A program made the translations under genes and the position numbers. From Candidatus Latescibacterota bacterium (GTDB lineage Bacteria > Latescibacterota > UBA2968 > UBA8231): a stretch of 64,000 bases of DNA. Positions 26,822 to 36,466 of this stretch are shown here, piece after piece; within the stretch, counting starts at the first letter, position 1, and every line of letters begins with the position of its first letter. Below the pieces are notes generated by a model. The model did not search any database and was not told the DNA's origin. It worked only from the letters and a program-made list of their open reading frames with translations. Where the stretch lies: contig OZ242005.1 of assembly GCA_965204725.1 (NCBI GenBank), positions 3,104,001 to 3,168,000 of the forward strand, written 5' to 3'.

Positions 26822-26962
26822 ATGCGAGGACTTTTTCGGCTTTTTGTGTGCGCGGCCATGCTGTTGGGCGGCGGCCTACTCGTCATCCGCCTGCTCTACG
26901 GCGTGTCGTGGCGCGAATCCTTAGAGATTGCCAACTGCTTCGTCGAGGAATTGCTCGGGTGA
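26822..26962 (+). CDS. Small single-TM membrane protein (46 aa), below the ORF-track cutoff
   Basis: AAGGAGA RBS, ATG 26822, MRGLFRLFVCAAMLLGGGLLVIRLLYGVSWRESLEIANCFVEELLG; its TGA overlaps the aroE GTG (GTGA). Confidence 0.65.
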   Translation: MRGLFRLFVCAAMLLGGGLLVIRLLYGVSWRESLEIANCFVEELLG

Positions 26963-27804
26963 TTTCCGCGACGACGCGGGTGCTCGGCGTCATGGGCGAC
27001 CCGGTCGCGCATTCGGCGTCGCCGGCCATGCACAACGCCGCGCTTGGGGCGCTGAATCTCGACTATGTGTACGCGGCGTTCCGGGTTGCGGCCGCCGCCT
27101 TGCCCCAAGCCCTCGCCGGCATGCGCGCCCTCGGCATGGTTGGGCTGAACGTAACCGTGCCGCACAAGCAGGCCGTCATGGCGCATCTCGACGAGGTTGC
27201 GGCCGAGGCCCAGAGCATTGGTGCGGTCAATACCATTGCCAACCGCGATGGCCGGCTCGTGGGGTACAACACCGACGCCTTTGGGATTGTGCAAAGCCTC
27301 AAGGCCGTGGGCGGCTTGGACCGGCTGCCGCCCACGGTCGCGCTGCTCGGTGCGGGCGGCGCGGCTCGGGCCGTGCTCTACGCGCTGCTGGCGCGGGAGG
27401 AGGTGGAGGAGGTGCTGCTGCTCAACCGCACCGTAGAAAAGGCCGCCGCCCTCGCTGGCGACCTCGACCGCGCCGGCAAGGTCCGGGTCGGGTCGCTTGC
27501 TGAGACTGGGCCAATCGCGGACGCAGGTTTGCTCATCAACGCCACGGCCTTGGGGATGCACCCCCGCACGGCCGCTTCGCCGCTGGCGGATCCATCGTGC
27601 CTACATGCGCAAATGCTGGTCGCCGACATTGTGTACAACCCCTTGGAAACCGCGCTCATGCGGCAGGCCGCGGCCGCGGGTGCGTCGGCCATCAACGGCT
27701 TAGGGATGCTCGCTTGGCAGGGGGTGCGCTCGTTTGAGATCTGGACCGGGGTCGAGCCGCCGGTCGAGGCGATGATGGCCGCTTTAGAGGAGTTTAGCGC
27801 GTAG
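26959..27804 (+). CDS. aroE: Shikimate dehydrogenase
   Basis: GDPVAHSASP.MHN, NVTVPHK, GAVNT, NTD, GAGGAARA, NRT. Confidence 0.95.
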   Translation: MISATTRVLGVMGDPVAHSASPAMHNAALGALNLDYVYAAFRVAAAALPQALAGMRALGMVGLNVTVPHKQAVMAHLDEVAAEAQSIGAVNTIANRDGRLVGYNTDAFGIVQSLKAVGGLDRLPPTVALLGAGGAARAVLYALLAREEVEEVLLLNRTVEKAAALAGDLDRAGKVRVGSLAETGPIADAGLLINATALGMHPRTAASPLADPSCLHAQMLVADIVYNPLETALMRQAAAAGASAINGLGMLAWQGVRSFEIWTGVEPPVEAMMAALEEFSA

Positions 27805-27806
27805 CC

Positions 27807-29525
27807 ATGACCATAACCGAAACATTAGAAGCGCGTATCAGCGCGGCACTAGCCCGAGCGGGCGCACCGGCCGGTTCCCCGGCCCTCGTCGGCCCGGCCA
27901 CCCGCCCGGAATTTGGCGACTACCAAGCCAACGGCGTGATGGCCGCGGCCCAGAAGCTAAAGACCAATCCCCGCACGCTCGCCGCTCGGGTCGTGGCGGA
28001 ACTGGAGCTAGCGGATATGGCTGCGACCGTAGAGGTCGCCGGCCCGGGCTTTATCAATGTCCAACTCAAGGGCGAATGGCTGGCCGAGCAGCTCGGGACC
28101 GCGCTGGCCGACCCGCGGCTGGGCGTACCCAAGGCCGCGCCGCAAAAGGTCGTAATCGATTACTCGCATCCCAACTTGGCCAAGGAGATGCACATCGGCC
28201 ACCTGCGGAGCACGGTCATCGGCGACGCCATCGCCCGCGTCCTCAAATTCTCCGGTCACGAAGTGGTGCGCCACAATCACGTGGGCGACTGGGGGACGCA
28301 GTTTGGAATGCTCATCGCCCACTTGGACCAACTCGCGGACCCGGCCACGGAATTGGCCGATCTAGAAGTATTTTACCAGTCGGCGCGTCAGCGCTTTGAC
28401 CGGGACACGGCCTTTGCCGACCGGTCGCGGGAATGCGTGGTCAAGCTGCAACGCGGCGACCCGCACGTGCTGCGGATGTGGCAGCAGTTCATCGACGAGT
28501 CGCTCGCCCACGGCCAGCGCATATACGCCGCGCTCGGGGTCCAGCTCAAGCCCGAAGACGTGCGCGGCGAGAGCGCGTACAACGACGAATTGCCCCGCGT
28601 GGTCGAGGATTTGCGGGCCAAGGGCTTGCTGGTCGAGTCCAAGGGGGCGCAGTGCGTCTTCTTGGAGGAATTCAAAAACAAGGACGGCCAGATCACGCCG
28701 GTGATCGTGCAGAAGTCGGATGGTGGCTACCTCTATGCGACGAGCGACCTCGCGGCCGTGCGCTATCGGGCCGGTGCGCTCGCGGCCGACCGCATTCTCT
28801 ACATCGTGGATGCGCGCCAGTCGTTTCACTTGCAGCAGGTCTTTGCGGTGGCGCGGGCGGCCGGGTACGCGCCCGAGACGACCGCCTTGGAGCACCACGA
28901 GTTTGGTTCGATTTTAGGCGTGGATAACCGGCCGTTTAAGACGCGGGCTGGCGGCACGGTCAAACTGATGGACGTGTTGGAGGAGAGCGTGGAGCGGGCC
29001 TTTGCCCAAGTGAGCGCGAAAAACCCGGCACTGGACGAAAACGAGCGGCGGCAAATTGCCCGCGTGATTGGCATTGGCAGCGTCAAGTACATGGAGCTGT
29101 CGTTCAACCGCACCTCAGACTACGTGTTCGACTGGGACAAAATGCTGGCCCTCGACGGCAACACCGCGCCCTACCTGCTCTACTCCTACGCCCGCATCAA
29201 GAGCCTGTTTCGCCGCGCTGCGGTGGATGAAGACGCGCTCTCCGGCGCGATTGCCCTTGGCGAACGGGCTGAAAACGCGCTCGCGATCAAGCTGTTGCAG
29301 TTTCCCGAGGTGGTCGCGGCCGTGGCCCGCCAGTGCTATCCGCACGTGTTCTGCACCTATCTCTACGAGCTGTCCGACGCCTTTATGAAGTTCTACGAGC
29401 AGTGCCCGGTCCTGCGGGCGGGCGAGCCTACGCGCACGAGTCGGCTGCTGCTGGCGCTGCTGACCGCGCGCACCCTGCGCCAAGGGCTCGACCTACTCGG
29501 CATCGAGACCCTCGAGCGCATGTGA
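27807..29525 (+). CDS. argS: Arginyl-tRNA synthetase
   Basis: FGDYQ, PNLAKEMHIGHLRST, GDWGTQFG, FKTR, GNTAPY, FYEQCPVL. Confidence 0.96.
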   Translation: MTITETLEARISAALARAGAPAGSPALVGPATRPEFGDYQANGVMAAAQKLKTNPRTLAARVVAELELADMAATVEVAGPGFINVQLKGEWLAEQLGTALADPRLGVPKAAPQKVVIDYSHPNLAKEMHIGHLRSTVIGDAIARVLKFSGHEVVRHNHVGDWGTQFGMLIAHLDQLADPATELADLEVFYQSARQRFDRDTAFADRSRECVVKLQRGDPHVLRMWQQFIDESLAHGQRIYAALGVQLKPEDVRGESAYNDELPRVVEDLRAKGLLVESKGAQCVFLEEFKNKDGQITPVIVQKSDGGYLYATSDLAAVRYRAGALAADRILYIVDARQSFHLQQVFAVARAAGYAPETTALEHHEFGSILGVDNRPFKTRAGGTVKLMDVLEESVERAFAQVSAKNPALDENERRQIARVIGIGSVKYMELSFNRTSDYVFDWDKMLALDGNTAPYLLYSYARIKSLFRRAAVDEDALSGAIALGERAENALAIKLLQFPEVVAAVARQCYPHVFCTYLYELSDAFMKFYEQCPVLRAGEPTRTSRLLLALLTARTLRQGLDLLGIETLERM

Positions 29526-30061
29526 TGATAAAAGGGCCGGTGTTTCTGACGGGTTTTATGGGCGTGGGCAAGACCCGGGTCGGGCGCATTCTGGCGCGGC
29601 AGCTCGGGCGTTGCTTCTTGGACACCGACCTCATGGTCGAACAGTGCGCTGGCAAGTCCATCGCGGAGATTTTCGCCGCCGAAGGCGAGGCGCGTTTCCG
29701 CCAGCTAGAACACGCCTGCGTCCTCAAAACCTGCCAACGCCCGGATGCCGTAGTGGCCTTGGGCGGTGGGGCAATCACCCGCGCCGACAACATCGCGGCC
29801 GTGCGTTGCGCCGGCGTCTTGGTCTGTATCAAGGCCGATGTGGATACGATTTTTGCCCGCGTCCGGCGTCGCTCCAACCGACCCCTGCTCGCCGGATTAG
29901 CGCCGCCAGCGCAACGCGCCAAGATAAAGTCCCTGCTCCGCGCCCGCGCTCCCTACTACGACCAAGCCCACATTGCGCTGTACACCACGCAAGCGCAGAC
30001 GCCTGAGGACACGGCCGGACAAATCCGCGCCTTGCTGGAGAGCTACAGCCGTCCAAAATAA
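29525..30061 (+). CDS. aroK: Shikimate kinase
   Basis: GFMGVGKT P-loop, DTD, GEARFRQLE, GGG, RPLL; ATG overlaps the argS stop. Confidence 0.95.
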   Translation: MIKGPVFLTGFMGVGKTRVGRILARQLGRCFLDTDLMVEQCAGKSIAEIFAAEGEARFRQLEHACVLKTCQRPDAVVALGGGAITRADNIAAVRCAGVLVCIKADVDTIFARVRRRSNRPLLAGLAPPAQRAKIKSLLRARAPYYDQAHIALYTTQAQTPEDTAGQIRALLESYSRPK

Positions 30062-30064
30062 CTT

Positions 30065-30134
30065 GAAAGCATGGAATGTTCATCGACGCGCCGATTCGTC
30101 ATTCCCGCGAACGCGGGAATCCAGTCTTGATGAT
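30065..30134. repeat. ATTCCC-N8-GGGAAT palindromic repeat with flanks shared with 12916-12999
   Basis: GAAAGCATGGAATGTT...GTCATTCCCGCGAACGCGGGAATCCAGTCTTGA. Confidence 0.8.
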
Positions 30135-30147
30135 GTAGGATTGCTAT

Positions 30148-31251
30148 ATGCAAAGAATTGACTTGGACCTCCCAGGGGCTACATACCCCATTTTCGTCGG
30201 CCACGACATCCTCGGGACACTGGGGACGCGCTGCCGCGACTTGGCCTTGGGTCGGCACGTCGCGCTGGTGACCGACGAGGTCGTGGCGGCGCGCTACCTG
30301 CAACCTGTGGCCGCCAGCTTGCGCGCCGCTGAGTTCGAGGTGTTGGAGATTGTCTATGCCGGGGGCGAGGAGGCCAAGAACTTGCGCGGGGCCGAGGGCA
30401 TTTTCGCGCAGATGATCGAGGCCGAGTTGGACCGCGGCACTTGGGTTGTGGCCCTCGGCGGGGGCGTAGTCGGCGACATGGCGGGCTTTGTGGCCTCCAC
30501 CTATTTGCGCGGCGTACCCTACGTGCAGGTGCCGACGACCATCGTCGCGCAGGTGGATTCGAGCATTGGCGGCAAGACCGGGGTCAACCACGCGCTGGGC
30601 AAAAACCTGATCGGCACCTTTCACCAGCCGCGCTTGGTCTTGGCCGACACCAACGCGCTGCGCTCGCTGCCGCGGCGGGAGCGGGTCGCCGGCATGGCCG
30701 AGGTGGTCAAACACGGGCTGATCCGCGACGCCGCGCTCTTTGCCTTTTTGGAGGAGCACTTAGAAGAAGTAGTGGATATGGCCCTCGCGCCGGAGACCTT
30801 GGACTGGCTCATCGGCCGCAACGTCGAGATCAAGGCCGAAGTAGTCGCCATCGACGAGAAGGAGCAGGGCTTGCGGGCCATCCTCAATTACGGGCACACC
30901 CTTGGGCACGCGATTGAGGCCGCCACCGACTACGGCCGCTACCGGCACGGGGAGGCGGTGATTTTGGGCTTGATCGCGGCCGGCGAAATCGCCTGCCGCG
31001 CGGGGTTTTGGCCCGAAGCGGAAAGGCAGCGGCAGGACGCGCTGCTGGCGCGGTTGGGGGTGCCTAGGGGATTGGCCGAGGTGGAGACCGAGCGGATTTT
31101 GGCTTGTGCCAAGGCCGACAAAAAGCGAGTCGATGAGCGGCTACGGTTCGTGCTGGGACGACGGATTGGAAAGGTGGAGATCGCCGAGGGAGTAACCGAT
31201 GCGACTGTGTGCGCGGCTATTGAATATGTGCAGCGCTTTTGCGGGGCATGA
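30148..31251 (+). CDS. aroB: 3-dehydroquinate synthase
   Basis: GGGVVGD, PTT..AQVDSSIGGKTGVN, KNLIG, LNYGHTLGHAIE, HGEAV. Confidence 0.96.
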   Translation: MQRIDLDLPGATYPIFVGHDILGTLGTRCRDLALGRHVALVTDEVVAARYLQPVAASLRAAEFEVLEIVYAGGEEAKNLRGAEGIFAQMIEAELDRGTWVVALGGGVVGDMAGFVASTYLRGVPYVQVPTTIVAQVDSSIGGKTGVNHALGKNLIGTFHQPRLVLADTNALRSLPRRERVAGMAEVVKHGLIRDAALFAFLEEHLEEVVDMALAPETLDWLIGRNVEIKAEVVAIDEKEQGLRAILNYGHTLGHAIEAATDYGRYRHGEAVILGLIAAGEIACRAGFWPEAERQRQDALLARLGVPRGLAEVETERILACAKADKKRVDERLRFVLGRRIGKVEIAEGVTDATVCAAIEYVQRFCGA

Positions 31252-31252
31252 G

Positions 31253-32572
31253 ATGAACAAAAACCAGCCCCACAAAGTTCACCTCGTCAGCCTAGGCTGC
31301 CCCAAAAACGCGGTCGATTCCGAGCGCATGCTCGGCCTCCTTCAAGGCCACGCCTATCAGCTAACCGACGCGCCCGAAGAGGCCGAAGTAGTGGTAGTCA
31401 ATACCTGCGGCTTCATTGAGCCGGCCAAAGAGGAGTCCCTCGCCGCGATTATGGACGCGCATCGGCTCAAAGAAACCGGCCAATGCAAAGGCGTCATTGT
31501 CACCGGCTGCTTGGCGACGCGCTACCGCGAAGAGCTATCACAGGAGTTGTGGGAGGCCGACAAGCTGTTGACGATCGCCGACGAGGCCGACATCGTCCGC
31601 CACGTGGACGACGCGCTGGGCACGGCTCGGTCTGGCTACCAAACCGACCTGCCGCGGGCTTTGCTCTCGCCTCAGCACTGGGCGTACTTGCGCATATCCG
31701 ATGGCTGCGATCACCAATGCGCCTTTTGCGCCATCCCCGCCATTCGCGGGCGGCACGTGAGCGAGCCAATCGAAGCACTCGTGGCCGAGGCCGAGCGGCT
31801 GGCCGCGGCTGGGGTGCGGGAGTTGGTTTTGGTCTCGCAAGATTCAGTGCGCTACGGGGCCGACCTCTACGGCCGGCCGCAACTCGTGCGGCTCTTAACA
31901 GCCCTCGCCGAGGTGGAGGGCATTGAGTGGATGCGCTTGATGTACACCTATCCGGCGTTCTGGACCGAAGAACTGATCGACTTCTACGCCACGTGCGACA
32001 AGATGTGCCGGTACATCGACATGCCGTTGCAGCACATTGCCGACCCCGTGCTCAAGCGCATGAAGCGGGCCACGACCCGCCAAAAGACGCTCGATTTACT
32101 GGAGCGCCTACGGGCGCGGCTGCCGGGGGCCGGGCTGCGCTCGACATTCATCGTCGGCTTCCCCGGAGAGACCGAAGCGGATTTTGCCGCCTTGCTGGAG
32201 TTCGTGGCCGAGACGCGCTTTGACTACGCGACCGGCTTTCTCTACTCGCCGGAAGAGGGCACGACCGCGCATGCGCTGGGCGATCCGGTCGCCGAGGAGG
32301 TCAAGCAGGAGCGTTACAGCCGCCTGACGCAACTACAGGAGCGCGTGGGCACGGAGAAAAACGACGAGTTCGTCGGCACGCGGCAGGTGGTCTTGGTCGA
32401 TGCGCACGAGGGGGCGGTGTGCTATGGGCGAATGGAGCGCGACGCCCCGGAAATCGACGGCCAAGTCGTCATCGCCGAGGGGACGCCGCCGGTGGGTTCT
32501 TTCGTGGAGGTGGAAATTACCGCGGCCGCGCCCTACGAGCTGAGCGCTAAGGTGATGGGGGTGCCGCGTTGA
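31253..32572 (+). CDS. rimO: Ribosomal protein S12 methylthiotransferase
   Basis: SLGCPKN.VDSE, NTCGFI, CDHQCAFC radical SAM motif, DAPEIDG. Confidence 0.95.
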   Translation: MNKNQPHKVHLVSLGCPKNAVDSERMLGLLQGHAYQLTDAPEEAEVVVVNTCGFIEPAKEESLAAIMDAHRLKETGQCKGVIVTGCLATRYREELSQELWEADKLLTIADEADIVRHVDDALGTARSGYQTDLPRALLSPQHWAYLRISDGCDHQCAFCAIPAIRGRHVSEPIEALVAEAERLAAAGVRELVLVSQDSVRYGADLYGRPQLVRLLTALAEVEGIEWMRLMYTYPAFWTEELIDFYATCDKMCRYIDMPLQHIADPVLKRMKRATTRQKTLDLLERLRARLPGAGLRSTFIVGFPGETEADFAALLEFVAETRFDYATGFLYSPEEGTTAHALGDPVAEEVKQERYSRLTQLQERVGTEKNDEFVGTRQVVLVDAHEGAVCYGRMERDAPEIDGQVVIAEGTPPVGSFVEVEITAAAPYELSAKVMGVPR

Positions 32573-32889
32573 ACAAGGCAAGACCGCGCGACATCGCCGT
32601 GGATGGCCGGGCCGGCGAGTTGGTCATCGCATGGAACGATGGTCGCGAGAGCCGCTACGACTTGGCGGGGTTGCGGCGCGTATGTCCCTGCGCCCACTGC
32701 CGGGAATTGCGCGACGCAGATGAGGGCGGGTTGACGCTCTTGCAGCCCGAAGCCGCGTCGGCTACGGCCGAGGTGCGGGGCGTTGGCTACGTCGGACGCT
32801 ACGGCATTCGCATCGAATGGGCCGACGGGCACGACCACGGCATTTATACGTTTGAGTTTTTTCGCGGGCTAGACGCGGGTGGAAATTGA
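32569..32889 (+). CDS. DUF971 / GBBH-N-like protein
   Basis: LRRVCPCAHC, VGRYGIRIEWADGHDHGIY. Confidence 0.85.
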   Translation: MNKARPRDIAVDGRAGELVIAWNDGRESRYDLAGLRRVCPCAHCRELRDADEGGLTLLQPEAASATAEVRGVGYVGRYGIRIEWADGHDHGIYTFEFFRGLDAGGN

Positions 32890-33100
32890 TCAAGAACTCG
32901 AATTTCTCCGTCTTCCAGTGTAGGTCTATACTGCCTCCACTCGCTGGTAAAATTCGCACCTTCTTCGCTTCTTTATAGTATCTAACCTATAGAGAAATGC
33001 GGCGGCATCGTCTAATGTTTTTTTTTCGTATGCCGGCCATCCTTCGTCGTCCCAATCTTCTTCTAAATGCAATATGCGCTTCTTGGCCTCGGGCAAAGAT
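32880..33100 (-). pseudogene. Frameshifted AT-rich gene remnant of an uncharacterised family
   Basis: One frame reads ILHLEEDWDDEGWPAYEKKTLDDAAAFL; after a shift it reads VRILPASGGSIDLHWKTEKFEFLINF. Confidence 0.4.
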
Positions 33101-33104
33101 GCGT

Positions 33105-33410
33105 TCAGCCGCCTTTCAAGAGGATGGTCACAAGCAAGCCGATAATGCCAAACTGAATGCCGATCAGCCAGCGAAATTGTTTGTCCATGCGGCTGTTGGT
33201 GGCCTCAATGCGGCTGTTAGTGGCTTCATTGGCCGCAGCGATAGCTTGCCGCAGTTCGGCAAATCCGGCCTCCATCCGCCTTTCAAGCCCGTCCATCCGC
33301 CTTTCCAGTGCGTCCAAGCGGTGGGCGATCTGCTCGACGAGCCCTTCCAAACGTCCCACGGAACTGGCAAGATCAAGGTCGCGATCTGGATCTGTCGTCG
33401 GTGTGCTCAT
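33105..33410 (-). CDS. Small coiled-coil protein with C-terminal TM helix (DUF1640/CCDC90-like)
   Basis: AAGGAG RBS before ATG 33410; heptads LDALERR MDGLERR; WLIGIQFGIIGLLVTILL. Confidence 0.8.
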   Translation of the reverse strand: MSTPTTDPDRDLDLASSVGRLEGLVEQIAHRLDALERRMDGLERRMEAGFAELRQAIAAANEATNSRIEATNSRMDKQFRWLIGIQFGIIGLLVTILLKGG

Positions 33411-33567
33411 AGTCCAAACTCCTTTTGCAGCGTTGAAAGCGACCCTAAAAAGTGAAAAAAGCCCATTCGCACAAAGACGACCTAAAACGCGCTCTAAGCC
33501 GCGTTGAGCAAGCCGTTCATAAGCCTGTTGATGCGCCCGGCGGAGTCGATCCAATCGGCGCGACTGG

Positions 33568-33759
33568 CTACTCTGCCACCAGCTTTAACAATAGCCCCAC
33601 TTGAACGCCGCTCAATCCCAATATCAGGCCAATAAGCCACCGTTGGCCGCGCTCCAAGTTGCCCAAGCGGTCATTGATCTGCTCAATAATACCTTCCAGT
33701 CGCCCAATGCGTCCTTCATGCTCGCGATCTACGGATATAAGGTGCTCGGTCACGGTCAA
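33568..33759 (-). CDS. Short coiled-coil + TM paralog (63 aa)
   Basis: Same AAGGAGTTT RBS context; RIGRLEGIIEQI..RL..LER, RWLIGLILG. Confidence 0.7.
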   Translation of the reverse strand: MTVTEHLISVDREHEGRIGRLEGIIEQINDRLGNLERGQRWLIGLILGLSGVQVGLLLKLVAE

Positions 33760-33908
33760 AACTCCTTTTTAGTTGAGGGATATGCGGCTCGCGTCACAAA
33801 TAGACCGGGAGCAAAAACATCGCACCCCAAGCGCAATTCGCATACCAAACTCCCCCGTGATTGTGTGAATGCTCCCGCGTTTGGGCAAGTACCGCAGCAA
33901 AAATGAAT

Positions 33909-34241
33909 TCAGCCGCCTTTCAAGAGGATGGTCACAAGCAGGCCGATGATGCCAAACTGAATGCCGATGAGCCAGCGAAATTGTTTGTCCATGCGGCTGT
34001 TGGTAGCCTCGATGCGGTTGTTAGTGGACTCAATGCGGTTGTTAGTGGCTTCATTGGCCGCGGCGATGGCTTGCCGCAGTTCGGCAAATCCGGCCTCCAT
34101 CCGCCTTTCAAGCCCGTCCATCCGCCTTTCCAATGCGTCCAAGCGGAGGGCGATCTGCTCGACGAGTCCTTCCAAACGTCCCACGCGACTAGCAAGATCA
34201 AGGTCGTGGTCGCGGTCATGGTCTATCGTTGGTGTGCTCAT
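33909..34241 (-). CDS. Small coiled-coil + TM protein, near-duplicate of 33105-33410
   Basis: Near-identical sequence with one extra heptad; AAGGAG RBS. Confidence 0.8.
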   Translation of the reverse strand: MSTPTIDHDRDHDLDLASRVGRLEGLVEQIALRLDALERRMDGLERRMEAGFAELRQAIAAANEATNNRIESTNNRIEATNSRMDKQFRWLIGIQFGIIGLLVTILLKGG

Positions 34242-34378
34242 AGTTCAAACTCCTTTTGTTTTGAAGTGTTGAAAGCGACGCCTAAAAAGCGCAAAAAGTG
34301 CGATTCGCACAATCAGACGACCTAAAACGCCGCTCCGCACTAGGGGTTAAGTCTATGGTACTGATAAGACGGAGCTCG

Positions 34379-36448
34379 TCAAGCCGCCTGACGTGCCGGC
34401 GCGTCGCGGGGCGCGCGGGCGATCCACTGTTCGGCGAGGAGGAGGCCGAGGGCCAAAAGCAGGCATTCGCGCCACAACTCGCGGCCGTGGCGGTTGCCCA
34501 AGACCGCGAGGCGCAGGTCGTCGCTTGGGCCGAGGAAGTGGACTTCTGCGCCCGGGAAAACGCGCCGGACGCGCTCGGGCGCTACGGGGGCGAGCGCGGA
34601 TTCGCGAGCGTCGAGATTGACGGCGAACGCATCGACCGTTGCGCCCGCAGCGCGTAGGCGCCAGATCCCGGCCTCGCCGACGCGGGGAATTTTCCACAAG
34701 TATTGGCCGCCGACGCGCTCCGGCCCCAAGCGCAGGCGCTCGCCCGACGGCGTCTCGGCCTCTACGACCGCTTCCATAGGCACATCGGCCAAGCGGCGAT
34801 AGACCGTTTCTCCGACCAAATAGGTGGCGTGGCGGTCGGGCGGCAGGCTCAACTCGCGCACCAAGCGGTGTAGCAGGGGCGCGAACAGGCCGCGTCGGTG
34901 CAGGTCGTTCCACTGCGGGTCAATGGGGAACGCCGCGAGCGCGACGCGCCCCTGCTCCTGCCACGCTAGGGCCATGGCGAGCTGACCGTCGTCAAAGCGG
35001 GCCAAGGGCAGCAGGTCGGGCGCAGGGACTAGGGAAAAATAAGCGTAAAAGCGCGGTTGATCGCCGTCGCTGGTTAGGAGGTCGTTAAAAAGCGGGTGGT
35101 GCGGCCCGTCCTCGTCTAGGACTTGATAAGCGGCTGTGTTGCCGGGGGTGCCGACCCGGTCTTTGAAGCGTCCCGGAGTCAGGCCGGTCAAGAGGTCGCG
35201 GTTGTAGTAGCCGAGGTCGCTGTGCGGCGCGGGAAAGAGCACTACGCCCCCGCCGCCGGCGACGAACTCATCCAAGGCCGCCTTTTGCGCTGCGCCCAGC
35301 CGGGCGAGGTTGCAGAGCACGAGCACATCTACGTCGGCGAGGGCACTCGCGTCGAGATCGGCAAACAAACCGGTGCGAATTTCCACGACCGGATCGGAGA
35401 GCGCGGCGGCCCCGAGTGCCCGGCGCGCGTAGTACGCGTCCTCGGGCTGCTCGCCCAACAGCAGCGCGGTGATGGCGGTGGGCAGGTCGAGGGTGAAGTA
35501 GCGGCGATTGTCGAGCGCGAGCGCGTCGTCGGCGAGCGCGACGTGTCCGCTCAGCCGCCCGGGCTGGCGCGGCGAAAAGCTGAGTGCCACTTGGGTCGTG
35601 CCCGGTGCGCCGGGATCCACGCTATGGCGGCGCGTACGCTGGCCATCGACAAACAGGTCGAGGGCCGTGCCCGCGCCGCTGTGCGCGATGTCGGCTTGCA
35701 AGGTGACCTTGGCGTCGGCCGCGAGCATCCAGCTTGGGGCCGAGACCCGCTTGACATAAGCATTCGGCCGGGGCTGGGCGTGCGGGCCAGCGATATAGAC
35801 GCGGGTGTCAGCAAAGGACGGGAGCGCGTCGTTGAGTTGGTCCCAGTTGTATTCGGCCAAATCGGTAAAAATAAAAAGCTCGTGCGCGGCGAGGGCGGCT
35901 TCTTGGTTTAGGTGCTGGGCCGCCGCGTACAAGGCCGCGCGTAAGTCGGTCGCCGCTTGCGTCGGCGCGAGTTCGGCCATGCGCTCGGCCAAGTAGGTGC
36001 GGTCGCCGGCAAAAGGAGGGTGGGGCCGTTGGGCAAAAGGCTGGACGGTTACTAGATCGCGCGGGGGTAAAACGGCCAGCAGGTCGCCGAGCTGGTGCTG
36101 GAGTTGGTCGAAGAGGGAACCCGCCGGCCGTTGGTAGCGGGTGCTGTACGACAAGTCCAAGAGCGCGTGAACGGCCACCGGGCGATCGCCGCCGCCCCAG
36201 CCGCGGCCGGCCTGATACGTCGGGCGGGCAAAGGCGCAGACGATGAGCGCGATGATAAGGGTGCGGAGTAAGAGGACCAGCCACTGGCGCAGTTGGAGCC
36301 GCCGCATGCGGTTTTGCTGAAGCTGGCGCAGAAAGGCGAAATCGCTGAACGGATGGGGCTGGGTGCGCCCCCGATGCAGCAGGTGGATGGCTAGGGGTAA
36401 GGCGGCCGCGACGAGTCCGAGCAGGACCGCGGGATTGAGAAACTGCAA
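34379..36448 (-). CDS. BatA N-terminal / VWA domain membrane protein
   Basis: FLNP..LLGL....PLAIHLL, LLLRTL...AFARP, LDLSYS MIDAS-like, FTD, C-terminal TM ending EQW. Confidence 0.85.
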   Translation of the reverse strand: MQFLNPAVLLGLVAAALPLAIHLLHRGRTQPHPFSDFAFLRQLQQNRMRRLQLRQWLVLLLRTLIIALIVCAFARPTYQAGRGWGGGDRPVAVHALLDLSYSTRYQRPAGSLFDQLQHQLGDLLAVLPPRDLVTVQPFAQRPHPPFAGDRTYLAERMAELAPTQAATDLRAALYAAAQHLNQEAALAAHELFIFTDLAEYNWDQLNDALPSFADTRVYIAGPHAQPRPNAYVKRVSAPSWMLAADAKVTLQADIAHSGAGTALDLFVDGQRTRRHSVDPGAPGTTQVALSFSPRQPGRLSGHVALADDALALDNRRYFTLDLPTAITALLLGEQPEDAYYARRALGAAALSDPVVEIRTGLFADLDASALADVDVLVLCNLARLGAAQKAALDEFVAGGGGVVLFPAPHSDLGYYNRDLLTGLTPGRFKDRVGTPGNTAAYQVLDEDGPHHPLFNDLLTSDGDQPRFYAYFSLVPAPDLLPLARFDDGQLAMALAWQEQGRVALAAFPIDPQWNDLHRRGLFAPLLHRLVRELSLPPDRHATYLVGETVYRRLADVPMEAVVEAETPSGERLRLGPERVGGQYLWKIPRVGEAGIWRLRAAGATVDAFAVNLDARESALAPVAPERVRRVFPGAEVHFLGPSDDLRLAVLGNRHGRELWRECLLLALGLLLAEQWIARAPRDAPARQAA

Positions 36449-36466
36449 GGCGGGGAAGGGGCGGCG

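Noticed and set aside
32997-34325. Plus-strand ORFs 32997-33455 and 33861-34325 as a duplicated gene pair
   Set aside because: They are antisense to the coiled-coil genes, which have RBSs and coherent protein features
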